Under the pieces are notes generated by a model. The model had not been told where the DNA came from. It saw nothing but the letters and a program-made list of their open reading frames with translations, and did not search any database. From the NCBI GenBank assembly GCA_009778655.1, contig WRFZ01000180.1, forward strand, positions 7,495-71,494: a stretch of DNA of 64,000 nt. Reading direction: 5' to 3'. Source of the DNA: Candidatus Azobacteroides sp. GTDB taxonomy: Bacteria; Bacteroidota; Bacteroidia; Bacteroidales; Azobacteroidaceae. The first letter of the stretch is position 1. The number at the start of each line of letters is the position of its first letter. Shown piece by piece: positions 1 through 8,921 of this stretch. Made by a program: the position numbers and the translations under genes.

Positions 1-13
1 AACTCATAAAGAT

Positions 14-1093
14 TTGGCTTTGAAAATGTCGCGCCAATCCATCGTATTACTCAAAAACGACGGCCTTTTACCGATACAAAAAGATAAACTGAAAAAAATC
101 GCATTGCTCGGGCCGAATATCAATAATCCGGAAGTACAATTGGGAAATTATAACGGTTTTCCGGACCGCATCATTACGCCGTTGGAAGGATTAAAAGACG
201 AATTGGGTAAAAGCGTAAAAATCTATGCCGATACGGTTATCGGTTATTACGGAGATACTCCTTCTTCCTTTGCTTCCACCTTGAAAAAAATAAAAGATGT
301 TGACCTTATTATATATGTAGGAGGTATATCGCCTCGGATTGAAGGAGAAGAAATGCGCGTAAAAGCGCCGGGCTTTTTCGGAGGAGATCGTACCTCCGTT
401 TTGTTGCCTCAAATTCAGACCGATTTGTTGAAAGCGCTGAAATCAACCGGAAAACCGATTGTTTTTGTAATGATGACCGGCAGCGCCATTGCTATTCCTT
501 GGGAATCGCAAAACATCAATGCCATCCTTAATTCATGGTACGGCGGAGAATTTGCCGGGAAAGCGATTGCGGATGTTATTTTCGGGAATTATAACCCGTC
601 GGGACGTTTACCGGTAACTTTTTATGCAAGCGATTCGGATTTACCGGACTTTGAAGATTACAATATGACCAATCGAACCTACAAATACTTTAAGGGTAAA
701 GCGTTATATCCTTTCGGATACGGTTTGAGCTACAGTAAATTTGATTATGCGTGGAATGTTCAGCCGAAAAAAGAATATTACGCAACCGAAACCATCGAAT
801 GCAGTTTGAATATAAAAAATACGGGAACGGTGGATGGCGATGAAGTGGCGCAAGTGTATATCAAATATCCGCAAACGGGAAGGGTTCTGCCTTTGAAAGA
901 GTTACGCTATTTTGAAAGAAAAGCGATTGCCAAAGGAAATACCGTAGAAATCAAGGTCTCAATCCCTATCGCTCAATTCGCCAAATGGGACGAGTCGGCC
1001 GGAGAATTGTGTGTTCCTCCCGGCGTATATTCGATTTTTGCCGGAGGTAATTCGGAAAATGAAGCGGTTCAAGCAACGTTCGAAATAAAATAA
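14..1093 (+). CDS. GH3 beta-glucosidase/beta-xylosidase, C-terminal part (gene starts before the window)
   Basis: SIVLLKN..LP, EGEE acid/base region, WYGGE..G.AIADVIFG.YNPSGRLPVTFY, LYPFGYGLSY and a C-terminal Fn3-like domain (GDEVAQVY). Confidence 0.93.
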   Translation: MALKMSRQSIVLLKNDGLLPIQKDKLKKIALLGPNINNPEVQLGNYNGFPDRIITPLEGLKDELGKSVKIYADTVIGYYGDTPSSFASTLKKIKDVDLIIYVGGISPRIEGEEMRVKAPGFFGGDRTSVLLPQIQTDLLKALKSTGKPIVFVMMTGSAIAIPWESQNINAILNSWYGGEFAGKAIADVIFGNYNPSGRLPVTFYASDSDLPDFEDYNMTNRTYKYFKGKALYPFGYGLSYSKFDYAWNVQPKKEYYATETIECSLNIKNTGTVDGDEVAQVYIKYPQTGRVLPLKELRYFERKAIAKGNTVEIKVSIPIAQFAKWDESAGELCVPPGVYSIFAGGNSENEAVQATFEIK

Positions 1094-1106
1094 ATTGAAC
1101 GGAATG

Positions 1107-1181
1107 CGGATGACTCGGATTAAGCAAATTTACATGAATTTAAAAAAAACGATAATTAATTTGTCATATTCGTGTCTTCCG
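1107..1181. repeat. Decayed palindromic (REP-like) element
   Basis: CGGATGACTCGGAT (1107-1120) pairs imperfectly with ATTCGTGTCTTCCG (1168-1181). Confidence 0.35.
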
Positions 1182-1364
1182 GATTTTTAAAAATTTATAA
1201 AAAATGAATCTGTTATAAATATCTTATACTATTCTTTGAATTTCCTGTCGAAAATACTCACATTCTGAATCTCAACAAAATACGAAAAAGATAATGACAA
1301 ATTTTGATATTCTTTTTTCTTTTATTTATCACAAATTAATAAACATTTTCGTATATTGGCAGTT

Positions 1365-1464
1365 ACTTTATGTTTTTTTTTCGGAAATTTGTAGAGCGTA
1401 TAAATTTCATAAGTCTGATGATGGCGGAACGTTTCGTTGGTATAATGAGAGTTCCGCCTTTTTT
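1365..1464 (+). ncRNA. Candidate small RNA (two hairpins, ending in an intrinsic terminator)
   Basis: Promoter-like TATATTGG at 1352-1359; hairpin 1384-1408; long hairpin 1423-1458 followed by T6. The G-U pairs work only on the + strand. Confidence 0.5.
1423..1464 (+). terminator. Rho-independent terminator
   Basis: GGCGGAAC...GTTCCGCC followed by TTTTTT. Confidence 0.8.
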
Positions 1465-1482
1465 GTTTAAAAATTTATTTTG

Positions 1483-2304
1483 CTATCCGTAAGATTCTTT
1501 TTCATTCGGGTAATCACCGCCCTTCACATCCCGGACGTAATTTTCCACAGCTTCTTTAATCACATCATACAAAGCGGCGTATCGGCGAAGAAATTTAGGA
1601 GAAAAATCCTTATTGATTCCCAGCATATCCTGCAGTACCAATACCTGTCCGTCAACATTCGGTCCGGCGCCGATTCCTATCGAAGGGATAATTAGTTCAG
1701 CGGTTACTTTCCGAGCCAGTTCGGCCGGTATTTTTTCCAAGACAACGGCGAAGCAACCGGAATTTTGTAAAAGCAAGGCATCTTCCATCAGTTGTTGCGC
1801 TTCGGCCGTTTCTTTTGCCCGCACGGCATAACCGCCGAATTGATGTACCGACTGAGGCGTCAGTCCCAAGTGCCCCATGACCGGTATTCCGGCAGATACG
1901 ATGCGTTGAACCGATTCTTTAATGGTTCTGCCTCCTTCCAATTTAACCGCATCCGCTTCGGTTTCTTTCATGATTCGAATGGCGGAGCGTACCGCTTCGT
2001 CGGCATTCACCTGATATGAACCGAAAGGCAAATCAACGCAGAGCAAGGCTTTTTTAACCGCTTTTCGTACCGATTGCGCATGATAAATGATTTGATCCAA
2101 AGTGATCGGAATCGTGGTGGAATTTCCGGCCATCACATTAGACGCCGAATCTCCGACCAAAACCACATCAATCCCGGCTGCATCCGTAATATTAGCCATT
2201 GAATAATCATAAGCGGTAAGCATAGAGATTTTTTCCCCTTTCCGTTTCATTTCAATCAACCGTTGCGTGGTGATTGCAGCGTTAATTTCCGGGTGCGTGG
2301 ACAT
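1483..2304 (-). CDS. panB: 3-methyl-2-oxobutanoate hydroxymethyltransferase
   Basis: [26 protein letters not shown] and GIGAG..DGQVLV motifs. Confidence 0.98.
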   Translation of the reverse strand: MSTHPEINAAITTQRLIEMKRKGEKISMLTAYDYSMANITDAAGIDVVLVGDSASNVMAGNSTTIPITLDQIIYHAQSVRKAVKKALLCVDLPFGSYQVNADEAVRSAIRIMKETEADAVKLEGGRTIKESVQRIVSAGIPVMGHLGLTPQSVHQFGGYAVRAKETAEAQQLMEDALLLQNSGCFAVVLEKIPAELARKVTAELIIPSIGIGAGPNVDGQVLVLQDMLGINKDFSPKFLRRYAALYDVIKEAVENYVRDVKGGDYPNEKESYG

Positions 2305-2306
2305 AA

Positions 2307-3269
2307 TTATAATTCATTTACTATTTTACGTTGTTTTTCAAAATACAAAACGCGCTGTTTTTCATTCGTTAAGGTAATCAATGTGGAAATTTTGATTAGC
2401 GACTGAATACAGTTTTTCATTCTTTGAAATGTATCTTCATCAAATGAAGTCACGTAGGATAAGAGAAACGCTTTCATCAAACTGAAATGAGTATTCGGGG
2501 TTTCCATATAAGAATAACAGGCCGAAATATCAATATCTGCAATGTACAGGTTTACGGCTTTACCCGTTTCTTTGAATTGACCCGTGATTGCCATATCTTC
2601 CAAATAATCCAACAGCGACAATAATTCTTCTTTAATGATTGAAACATCTTTTTTTTCTATCGCACGAATAGCATGGAAATAATTGACGCGATCAACAAAA
2701 ATTCGAAATGCTTTATTATCGAAAATGTAGCTGGTCTTACCGAATTTTTTTGATTCCATCATAAATTCATTCAGAAGCCCTATCATCTCCGGCGTTGATG
2801 AAATATGATGAAAAGACATCATTTTGTTATCGGTATAAACATAATTCCATATAAACAAATAAAACAATAAAAGATGGTTATATCCGCCGAAAAGGTCATG
2901 AGGCAACATATTGGAAACAACAGCCGCCTCTGAACTCTCCGATTGGTTGAGGCTCTGAAGAAATTCGATATAAGCTTTAAGTATATAATAATCTACTTCT
3001 TCCGGTGAAATAAAATCCGGTAATCGCAGTTGGAACGGTACGCTTTTTGTTCCTCCTTCAATACCGATTATACTATCTAACGAAAAACCCAAATATTTTG
3101 CAATAACGGTAATTTCATTGAAAGTAAACGGAACTTCTTGTCGTATTCTTCGGTAAACGGCGCCTTTTTCAATTCGCAGAATATCAGCCAAAGTATCTAT
3201 CATTATTGATTTTTTGGAAAAAGCTTTTTGTACTTCAGTTAAAAAAGTTTGATATGCCAAATTATTCAT
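2307..3269 (-). CDS. Bacteroidales HTH-domain protein (putative regulator)
   Basis: N-terminal HTH-like [26 protein letters not shown]; uncharacterised C-terminal domain; AT-richer than its neighbours. Confidence 0.7.
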   Translation of the reverse strand: MNNLAYQTFLTEVQKAFSKKSIMIDTLADILRIEKGAVYRRIRQEVPFTFNEITVIAKYLGFSLDSIIGIEGGTKSVPFQLRLPDFISPEEVDYYILKAYIEFLQSLNQSESSEAAVVSNMLPHDLFGGYNHLLLFYLFIWNYVYTDNKMMSFHHISSTPEMIGLLNEFMMESKKFGKTSYIFDNKAFRIFVDRVNYFHAIRAIEKKDVSIIKEELLSLLDYLEDMAITGQFKETGKAVNLYIADIDISACYSYMETPNTHFSLMKAFLLSYVTSFDEDTFQRMKNCIQSLIKISTLITLTNEKQRVLYFEKQRKIVNEL

Positions 3270-3283
3270 AATTTATGTTTTAA

Positions 3284-4426
3284 CTAATCCATTCTGTTTT
3301 TATAATCCTCGTATCCGAAACGACGATAAACCTCTAACGAACCGTTTTCCCTCCACAAACACAGATCGGGATGAGGTATGCCGTTAAATAAAGTAGTTTT
3401 GACAATCGTATAGTGAATCATGTCTTCAAACACAATTTTGTCGCCGATTTGCAATGCTTTATCGAATGACCAATCGCCCATATAATCGCCGCTCAAACAA
3501 GAATTTCCGCCCAAGCGATAGGTCGGTTTTCCCGGTTTTGCTTCCTGATAAGCTCCGCGAACCACCGGCTTGTAGGGCATTTCCAAACAATCGGGCATGT
3601 GACAGGTGAACGATACATCAAGAATAGCGGTCTTGATTCCCCTGTTTTCCACAATGTCTGCAACAGAAGAAACCAAGATACCCGTTTTCCATACAAAAGC
3701 CGCACCCGGTTCCAAAATCAATTCCAAGTTCGGGTACTTCCTTTTGAAATCACGTAATAAACCGATAAGATGTTCCACATCATAATTATCGCCCGTTATC
3801 AAATGTCCTCCGCCCATATTCAGCCAACGAATATGCGGAAGTAAATCTCCGAATCGAGCTTCCACTCGCTTCAACGTATTTTCCAATGCAAAAGACGAAG
3901 ATTCGCATAAGGTATGAAAATGCAATCCTTCGATTCCTTTCGGCAATTGGTCGCCTAATTCTTCTCGAATCATGCCCAAGCGTGAACCCGGAGCTGCCGG
4001 ATTGTATAAGTCCGTAGTTACTTCCGAGTATTCGGGATTAATTCGTAATCCGCAGGATACAGGCGTTGCATTATCGAGCGTATCGTTGTAAAAACGCCGA
4101 AACTGCGAAAGCGAATTGAAAGTGATATGCGAACTGCAGGCTTTGATGACCAGAAAATCTTTTTCGGTATAAGCCGGCGAATAGGCGTGCGCTTTACTGC
4201 CCATTTCTTCCCACGCAAGCTGCGCTTCCCAAGGCGAGCTCGCCGTAGAACAGGAAATATATTCTTTGATAATCGGGAATGACTTCCATAAAGCGAATGC
4301 TTTGAATGCAAGAATAATCGTTACTCCCGCCCGTTCCCCGACCGAACGGATTAAGGCTAAATTCTTACGGAGAAGCGACTCATCCATAACATACGCCGGA
4401 GAAGGTATTTTCGTTATATCAATCAT
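3284..4426 (-). CDS. nspC: Carboxynorspermidine decarboxylase
   Basis: LAFKAF (PLP Lys), GLHFHTLCE, NMGGGH, LEPG, CHMPDCLEMPY and SCLSGD motifs. Confidence 0.96.
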   Translation of the reverse strand: MIDITKIPSPAYVMDESLLRKNLALIRSVGERAGVTIILAFKAFALWKSFPIIKEYISCSTASSPWEAQLAWEEMGSKAHAYSPAYTEKDFLVIKACSSHITFNSLSQFRRFYNDTLDNATPVSCGLRINPEYSEVTTDLYNPAAPGSRLGMIREELGDQLPKGIEGLHFHTLCESSSFALENTLKRVEARFGDLLPHIRWLNMGGGHLITGDNYDVEHLIGLLRDFKRKYPNLELILEPGAAFVWKTGILVSSVADIVENRGIKTAILDVSFTCHMPDCLEMPYKPVVRGAYQEAKPGKPTYRLGGNSCLSGDYMGDWSFDKALQIGDKIVFEDMIHYTIVKTTLFNGIPHPDLCLWRENGSLEVYRRFGYEDYKNRMD

Positions 4427-4441
4427 TTTACGGTTTAATTA

Positions 4442-6718
4442 TTAACCGATAATCTCAAATTTCGCAAATTTCAGCAGCAATTGTTTTCGACCGAAACTTT
4501 CAAATTCGACGGTCGCTTTGGCATTTTCATCTTCACCGATCAATTCCGTCACTTTTCCCAAGCCGAATCGTTCGTGTCGGATCGTATTTCCGACCGAAAG
4601 GTTTCCGATGTTTTGATGAACCGACGGCGTTGGCGTTTCTCTTTCCACGGGAATTAATTTCCGAGTCTCTCCCCTATCCTCTCTCCATAAGCGAGAAGAG
4701 TCGGAGCGCTTCGTCGTTCTTTCTTGCAAGGAGGGGCCGAAAGCCGAATCGCCGGATTTTTGTAAATAAGCCGGATCAATATCGTCAATAAACCGACTGG
4801 GTACGCACATCCACGATTGCCCGTTGCGAAAACGACTTTTGGCATAAGTCAACAGGACATTTTCTTCGGCACGCGTAATCGCTACGTAAAACAGCCGACG
4901 CTCTTCTTCAATTTCTTTGGGATTGTTTCTGCTTCGTTCGGAAGGAAATAAATCTTCTTCCAAGCCGACGACAAATACGTTTTTAAACTCCAATCCTTTG
5001 GCGGAATGAATGGTCATCATCGTTACGCGGTCGGACTGTTCGTCTTTATCCGTATCTTGATCGGTCAACAGAGCAATTTCCGCTAAAAAATCGTTTATCT
5101 TTATATCTTGTCGTCCTTCCTCCAATCGGGTGGAAACAAATTCGTTTAAACTGTTAATCAGTTCTTCTATGTTTTGAACGCGACTCAAGCCTTCGGGCGT
5201 TCGGTCGTTATAAAGCTCGGTAAGCAATCCGGTTTGCCGGATAAGGTTGCTACCAAATTCGTAGGCATTTTGAGTTGCGTTATCCGCTGCGAGTTGATCC
5301 AATAAGTTTCGGAATCCTTCCAGTTTTTTCGTCGTACCGCCGTGAATATCCAAATTATAGTCCGACAAATGAGAAAGTACTTCCCAAAGGCTGACTTCAT
5401 GAAGGTTTGCGGCGGAAATAAGTTTATTCAGCGTCGTATCGCCGATTCCGCGAGCGGGATAATTAAGTACCCGTTTAAACGCTTCTTCGTCATTGGGATT
5501 CGTAACCAGTCGCATATAAGCGATTACGTCTTTTATTTCTTTTCGTTGATAAAAAGAAAGTCCCCCGTAAATCCGATAAGGAATATTGATTCTGCGCAAA
5601 GCTTCTTCAAAAATACGGCTTTGGGCGTTGGTTCGGTATAAGATGGCAAAATCCGAGTATTCATAAGAATGAAGCATGCGCATCTCGGCAATACGGGAAG
5701 CAACATTATATCCTTCTTCATAGTCGGAATAAGCGCTGATGAGTCGGATTTTTTCTCCGATCAACTTTTCGGAAAAAATTGTTTTCGGGATCTGCTCTTT
5801 GTTTTTTTCTATCAATGAATTTGCCGCATTAACAATGGTTTTTGTGGAACGATAATTCCGCTCCAATTTGAACAATTTACTTTCGGGATAGGTTTTGCGA
5901 AAGTTCAGAATATTTCCGATGGTAGCCCCCCGAAAAGAGTAGATACTTTGAGCATCGTCGCCGACTACGCAAACCCGGTGGTGTTCTTCAGCCAATTGAC
6001 GAACAATCTCGTGTTGAACCGGATTCGTATCTTGATACTCATCAACCAAAATGAATCTGAATTGATTCCGGTAGCGCTCGATTATTTCGGGATGATCTTT
6101 GAAAAGCAGGTAAGTATATAATAAAAGGTCGTCGAAATCCAAGACTCCCGAAGTACGGCAACGATTCCAATAAGTAAAATATATTTCACCGAGACTTTCT
6201 TGCCGATGAAAATGATCGTTAGCAATCAACTCCCGATCATTAATGTATATTTCCGGAGTGATTAAGGCATTTTTCATTTTGGAAATCCGAGCTTGAACCG
6301 ATGACGGATTATAGATTTTATCGTCTAACTTTTTTTCTTTAATAACGGCTTTAATCAAGTTTTTAGAATCTTGCGCATCGTAAATGGTAAAATCGGAACG
6401 ATAGCCGAAAGCCCCCGCTTCCCGACGCAAAATTCGTGAAAAGATAGAATGAAAAGTACCCATCCACAAGCGGCGAGCGGTATCTTCATCCACAATCCGG
6501 GCAATCCGGGATTTCATTTCACGGGCAGCCTTGTTTGTAAAAGTCAGAGCTAAAATCGTATAAGGAGCGATTCCGTTCTTCAACAGATAAGCGATTTTGT
6601 AGGTTAGAACGCGCGTCTTTCCTGAACCTGCACCTGCAATTACCAAACCGGGACCGTCATTATATAGAACAGCTTCACGCTGACTTTCATTGAGTTGTTG
6701 CAGAAATTGCTCCATCAA
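4442..6718 (-). CDS. pcrA: ATP-dependent DNA helicase PcrA/UvrD
   Basis: AGAGSGKT, TFTNKAA, VDEYQD, NYRS, TIHSAKGLEF, EERRLFYVAITRA and a C-terminal Tudor-like tail. Confidence 0.96.
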   Translation of the reverse strand: MMEQFLQQLNESQREAVLYNDGPGLVIAGAGSGKTRVLTYKIAYLLKNGIAPYTILALTFTNKAAREMKSRIARIVDEDTARRLWMGTFHSIFSRILRREAGAFGYRSDFTIYDAQDSKNLIKAVIKEKKLDDKIYNPSSVQARISKMKNALITPEIYINDRELIANDHFHRQESLGEIYFTYWNRCRTSGVLDFDDLLLYTYLLFKDHPEIIERYRNQFRFILVDEYQDTNPVQHEIVRQLAEEHHRVCVVGDDAQSIYSFRGATIGNILNFRKTYPESKLFKLERNYRSTKTIVNAANSLIEKNKEQIPKTIFSEKLIGEKIRLISAYSDYEEGYNVASRIAEMRMLHSYEYSDFAILYRTNAQSRIFEEALRRINIPYRIYGGLSFYQRKEIKDVIAYMRLVTNPNDEEAFKRVLNYPARGIGDTTLNKLISAANLHEVSLWEVLSHLSDYNLDIHGGTTKKLEGFRNLLDQLAADNATQNAYEFGSNLIRQTGLLTELYNDRTPEGLSRVQNIEELINSLNEFVSTRLEEGRQDIKINDFLAEIALLTDQDTDKDEQSDRVTMMTIHSAKGLEFKNVFVVGLEEDLFPSERSRNNPKEIEEERRLFYVAITRAEENVLLTYAKSRFRNGQSWMCVPSRFIDDIDPAYLQKSGDSAFGPSLQERTTKRSDSSRLWREDRGETRKLIPVERETPTPSVHQNIGNLSVGNTIRHERFGLGKVTELIGEDENAKATVEFESFGRKQLLLKFAKFEIIG

Positions 6719-6727
6719 TATATTTGA

Positions 6728-6762
6728 AATACCTCTATTATATTTAAAATAATACCTCTATT
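6728..6762. repeat. 12-bp direct repeat AATACCTCTATT in the pcrA 5' UTR
   Basis: Copies at 6728-6739 and 6751-6762. Confidence 0.75.
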
Positions 6763-6803
6763 TACCCCGTGTGTTAAAAAAGTTTGACGTCAATAGCGGG
6801 ATA

Positions 6804-6811
6804 CAAAGGTA
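6804..6811 (-). promoter_or_regulatory. Bacteroidetes -7 promoter element for the pcrA-nspC-HTH-panB operon
   Basis: TACCTTTG on the - strand matches TAnnTTTG. Confidence 0.65.
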
Positions 6812-6913
6812 ATTTATTTCCGGAAATAAACAAAATGCAATTTTTCGGAGGTAAGAGATTCTAAATAAACGCTTGTTTTTCATCCAAAGCAAAACTAAGG
6901 TTATACCTGTTAT

Positions 6914-7492
6914 TTACGAGTAAATAACGTCATAATACAATTCTTTCAATCGTTTGCGCAGATGCAAGACGGCATAATGTTTTCGCGATAATAAGGTATT
7001 GACCGGAACATCTAAGGTTTGAGCAATCTCCTTTATCGGGATATTGTCTAATTCCGTCAGTTCAAATATTTCTCGTTGTTCGGGCGGAAGTTCGTCAAGA
7101 GCTGCTTTCAATTCCGTCCAAACCAGAGAACGGAGATATTCCGTTTCGGGTGAAGGCGAGGATTCGTTATTAAACATAACTTCCGAAAAATCTTTCAATT
7201 TTTCGTTATCGTCTTCATCGTTTTGATAAACAGGCATTTCTTCCTCGCGTTTCTTAATACCTTGATTGATAATTGTATTTTTTGCCACACGATACAGCCA
7301 TGCCGCTAAATGTTCAATAGGATTCATGGCGGTATTGACCGTTTTTGTCAATTGATATAAAACATCTTGCAGAATATCTTCCGCATTTTCCTTATTATCC
7401 ACCCGTTTGCGGATAAAGGATTTGAGTTGCGGTTGATATTCTTTAATCCGTTCTTCGAGATTGTCTTTGGTTACCTCGGTCCCGTTATTCAT
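6914..7492 (-). CDS. ECF-type RNA polymerase sigma factor
   Basis: AEDILQDV, WLYRVAKN..I, L..LPPEQREIF and IAQTLDVPVNTLLSRKHYA. Start moved to ATG 7492, which overlaps the end of the upstream gene. Confidence 0.9.
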   Translation of the reverse strand: MNNGTEVTKDNLEERIKEYQPQLKSFIRKRVDNKENAEDILQDVLYQLTKTVNTAMNPIEHLAAWLYRVAKNTIINQGIKKREEEMPVYQNDEDDNEKLKDFSEVMFNNESSPSPETEYLRSLVWTELKAALDELPPEQREIFELTELDNIPIKEIAQTLDVPVNTLLSRKHYAVLHLRKRLKELYYDVIYS

Positions 7493-7847
7493 GTTTTTCG
7501 GATTCCTCTTTTTTGAAATAATCGGGATCGAACCTATGGAACCTGTGATCCCAATAGCGGTGTCTGATAAATTTTTCGCGCTCTTCGTTCGACATTCTCT
7601 CCCATTTTTCGCGAATAGGATTTTTGTGATAACCATGGGTCCAAGCAAACAGCCGACTTCCGTCGAAATTGCCGAACAGGATGCGACACAGTACAAATAA
7701 TCCCATTGCCTGCCAAAAATTAATGGCGCTCCATCCGAAAATGGAAGGAATAAGAGCGTTCCACAATAGCAATACAACGACCCCGGCTCCCGCCATGATT
7801 GCTAATCCCAAAAACAGACGACTGATAATATATAATCTTTTCATCAT
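7485..7847 (-). CDS. Small membrane protein coupled to the ECF sigma
   Basis: Two hydrophobic segments (LWNALIPSIFG..INFWQAMGL) then a charged helix, REKWERMSNEEREKF. Confidence 0.8.
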   Translation of the reverse strand: MMKRLYIISRLFLGLAIMAGAGVVVLLLWNALIPSIFGWSAINFWQAMGLFVLCRILFGNFDGSRLFAWTHGYHKNPIREKWERMSNEEREKFIRHRYWDHRFHRFDPDYFKKEESEKHE

Positions 7848-8098
7848 AACTGTTGAATTTTAATGTCTCTGAATTAATAGACAAATAACCGTAAAAAATA
7901 TTTTAAAAGTGTGATAATCTTAATTCCGCTTGATAAATTACATTTTTCATCTTTTGTTTATATTTTTTATCCTTAATTTATGTCTATCTTACAAAAGTAC
8001 AATCATTTTTTGTTTTCTCAAATAAAAATTAAAATCCTTTGTTGCGAAAAAATATTATTCATTTACCGCAAATCTTTTGTAGAATAAAAATAAATACT

Positions 8099-8128
8099 TA
8101 CTTTTGTCGTTAGTAACGCAAGACGTAA
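8099..8128 (+). promoter_or_regulatory. higBA promoter and probable operator
   Basis: TACTTTTG (8099-8106) followed by the imperfect palindrome TAACG-N5-CGTAA (8114-8128). Confidence 0.55.
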
Positions 8129-8140
8129 ATATGAAAAACG

Positions 8141-8422
8141 ATGATAATTTCATTCAAAGACAAAGAAACAGAAAAAATTTGGAACGGAATTGTTTCAACC
8201 AGACTGCCTTTTGAAATTCAACAAATAGCTCGGCGAAAATCAAGAATGATAAATAGTTCACAAAATATAAACGATTTGCGAATACCACCCGCTAACAGAT
8301 TAGAAAAGCTGCAAGGTGATTTAAAAAACAAATATAGCATTCGTATAAACGACCGGTGGCGAATAATTTTCGGTTGGGACGGCTGCGACAGTTCTGAAAT
8401 AGAAATAATTGATTATCATTAA
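8141..8422 (+). CDS. higB: HigB/RelE-family toxin (plasmid maintenance killer type)
   Basis: MIISFKDKETE, PPANRLEKLQGD, SIRINDRWRIIF and C-terminal IIDYH. Confidence 0.95.
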   Translation: MIISFKDKETEKIWNGIVSTRLPFEIQQIARRKSRMINSSQNINDLRIPPANRLEKLQGDLKNKYSIRINDRWRIIFGWDGCDSSEIEIIDYH

Positions 8423-8434
8423 AACATATATAAA

Positions 8435-8752
8435 ATGGAAAATTTGAAAAATATATCACCGGGCGAAATTTTATTAGAAGAATTTCTAATTCCGATGGAC
8501 ATTTCGCAGTACCGTCTTGCTAAAGAATTAAATATTCCGCAAACACGGATTTCAGGGATTATCAACGGTAGTCGGCGAATTACTGCTGATACTGCATTGC
8601 GCTTAAGTTTGTTTTTTGGTAATTCGGCAAAGTTTTGGCTCGGATTACAGGATGATTTTGATATTGAAAATGCAAAAAGTCGTCATTCATCAGTATATCC
8701 GGGAATTAAAAAAATGAATTACGCTGTCGGTGAACTAAAAGAATTTGTATAA
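8435..8752 (+). CDS. higA: HigA-family antitoxin
   Basis: PGEILLEEFL, SQYRLAK, ITADTALRL..FFG.SAKFWLGLQ. Confidence 0.95.
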   Translation: MENLKNISPGEILLEEFLIPMDISQYRLAKELNIPQTRISGIINGSRRITADTALRLSLFFGNSAKFWLGLQDDFDIENAKSRHSSVYPGIKKMNYAVGELKEFV

Positions 8753-8880
8753 TAAAGATAATCGCAGTAAAGGAGTGCAGAACTATAAAATTCATCTTTA
8801 TATTTCATTTTGTGTATAAAATAAAAATACGCCATTTTTTGAAGGGTTGGAAATTGATTTAAACGAATTATTCGAATAAA

Positions 8881-8912
8881 AGGCTGTCTCAAAAGGACTT
8901 TTGAAACAGCCT
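8881..8912. repeat. Palindrome between convergent genes (terminator or REP-like)
   Basis: AGGCTGTCTCAAAAG-ga-CTTTTGAAACAGCCT with 1 mismatch; a related copy lies at 22951-22983. Confidence 0.75.
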
Positions 8913-8921
8913 CTATACCGG

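Noticed and set aside
1415-1465. CTGATGA followed by a stem, resembling a hammerhead ribozyme core
   Set aside because: The stem is followed by a T-tract rather than the required GAAA, and there is no stem I/III arrangement
7493-7777. N-terminal extension of the ECF sigma in the ORF track
   Set aside because: It overlaps the real upstream membrane-protein gene; ATG 7492 gives a normal-sized ECF sigma
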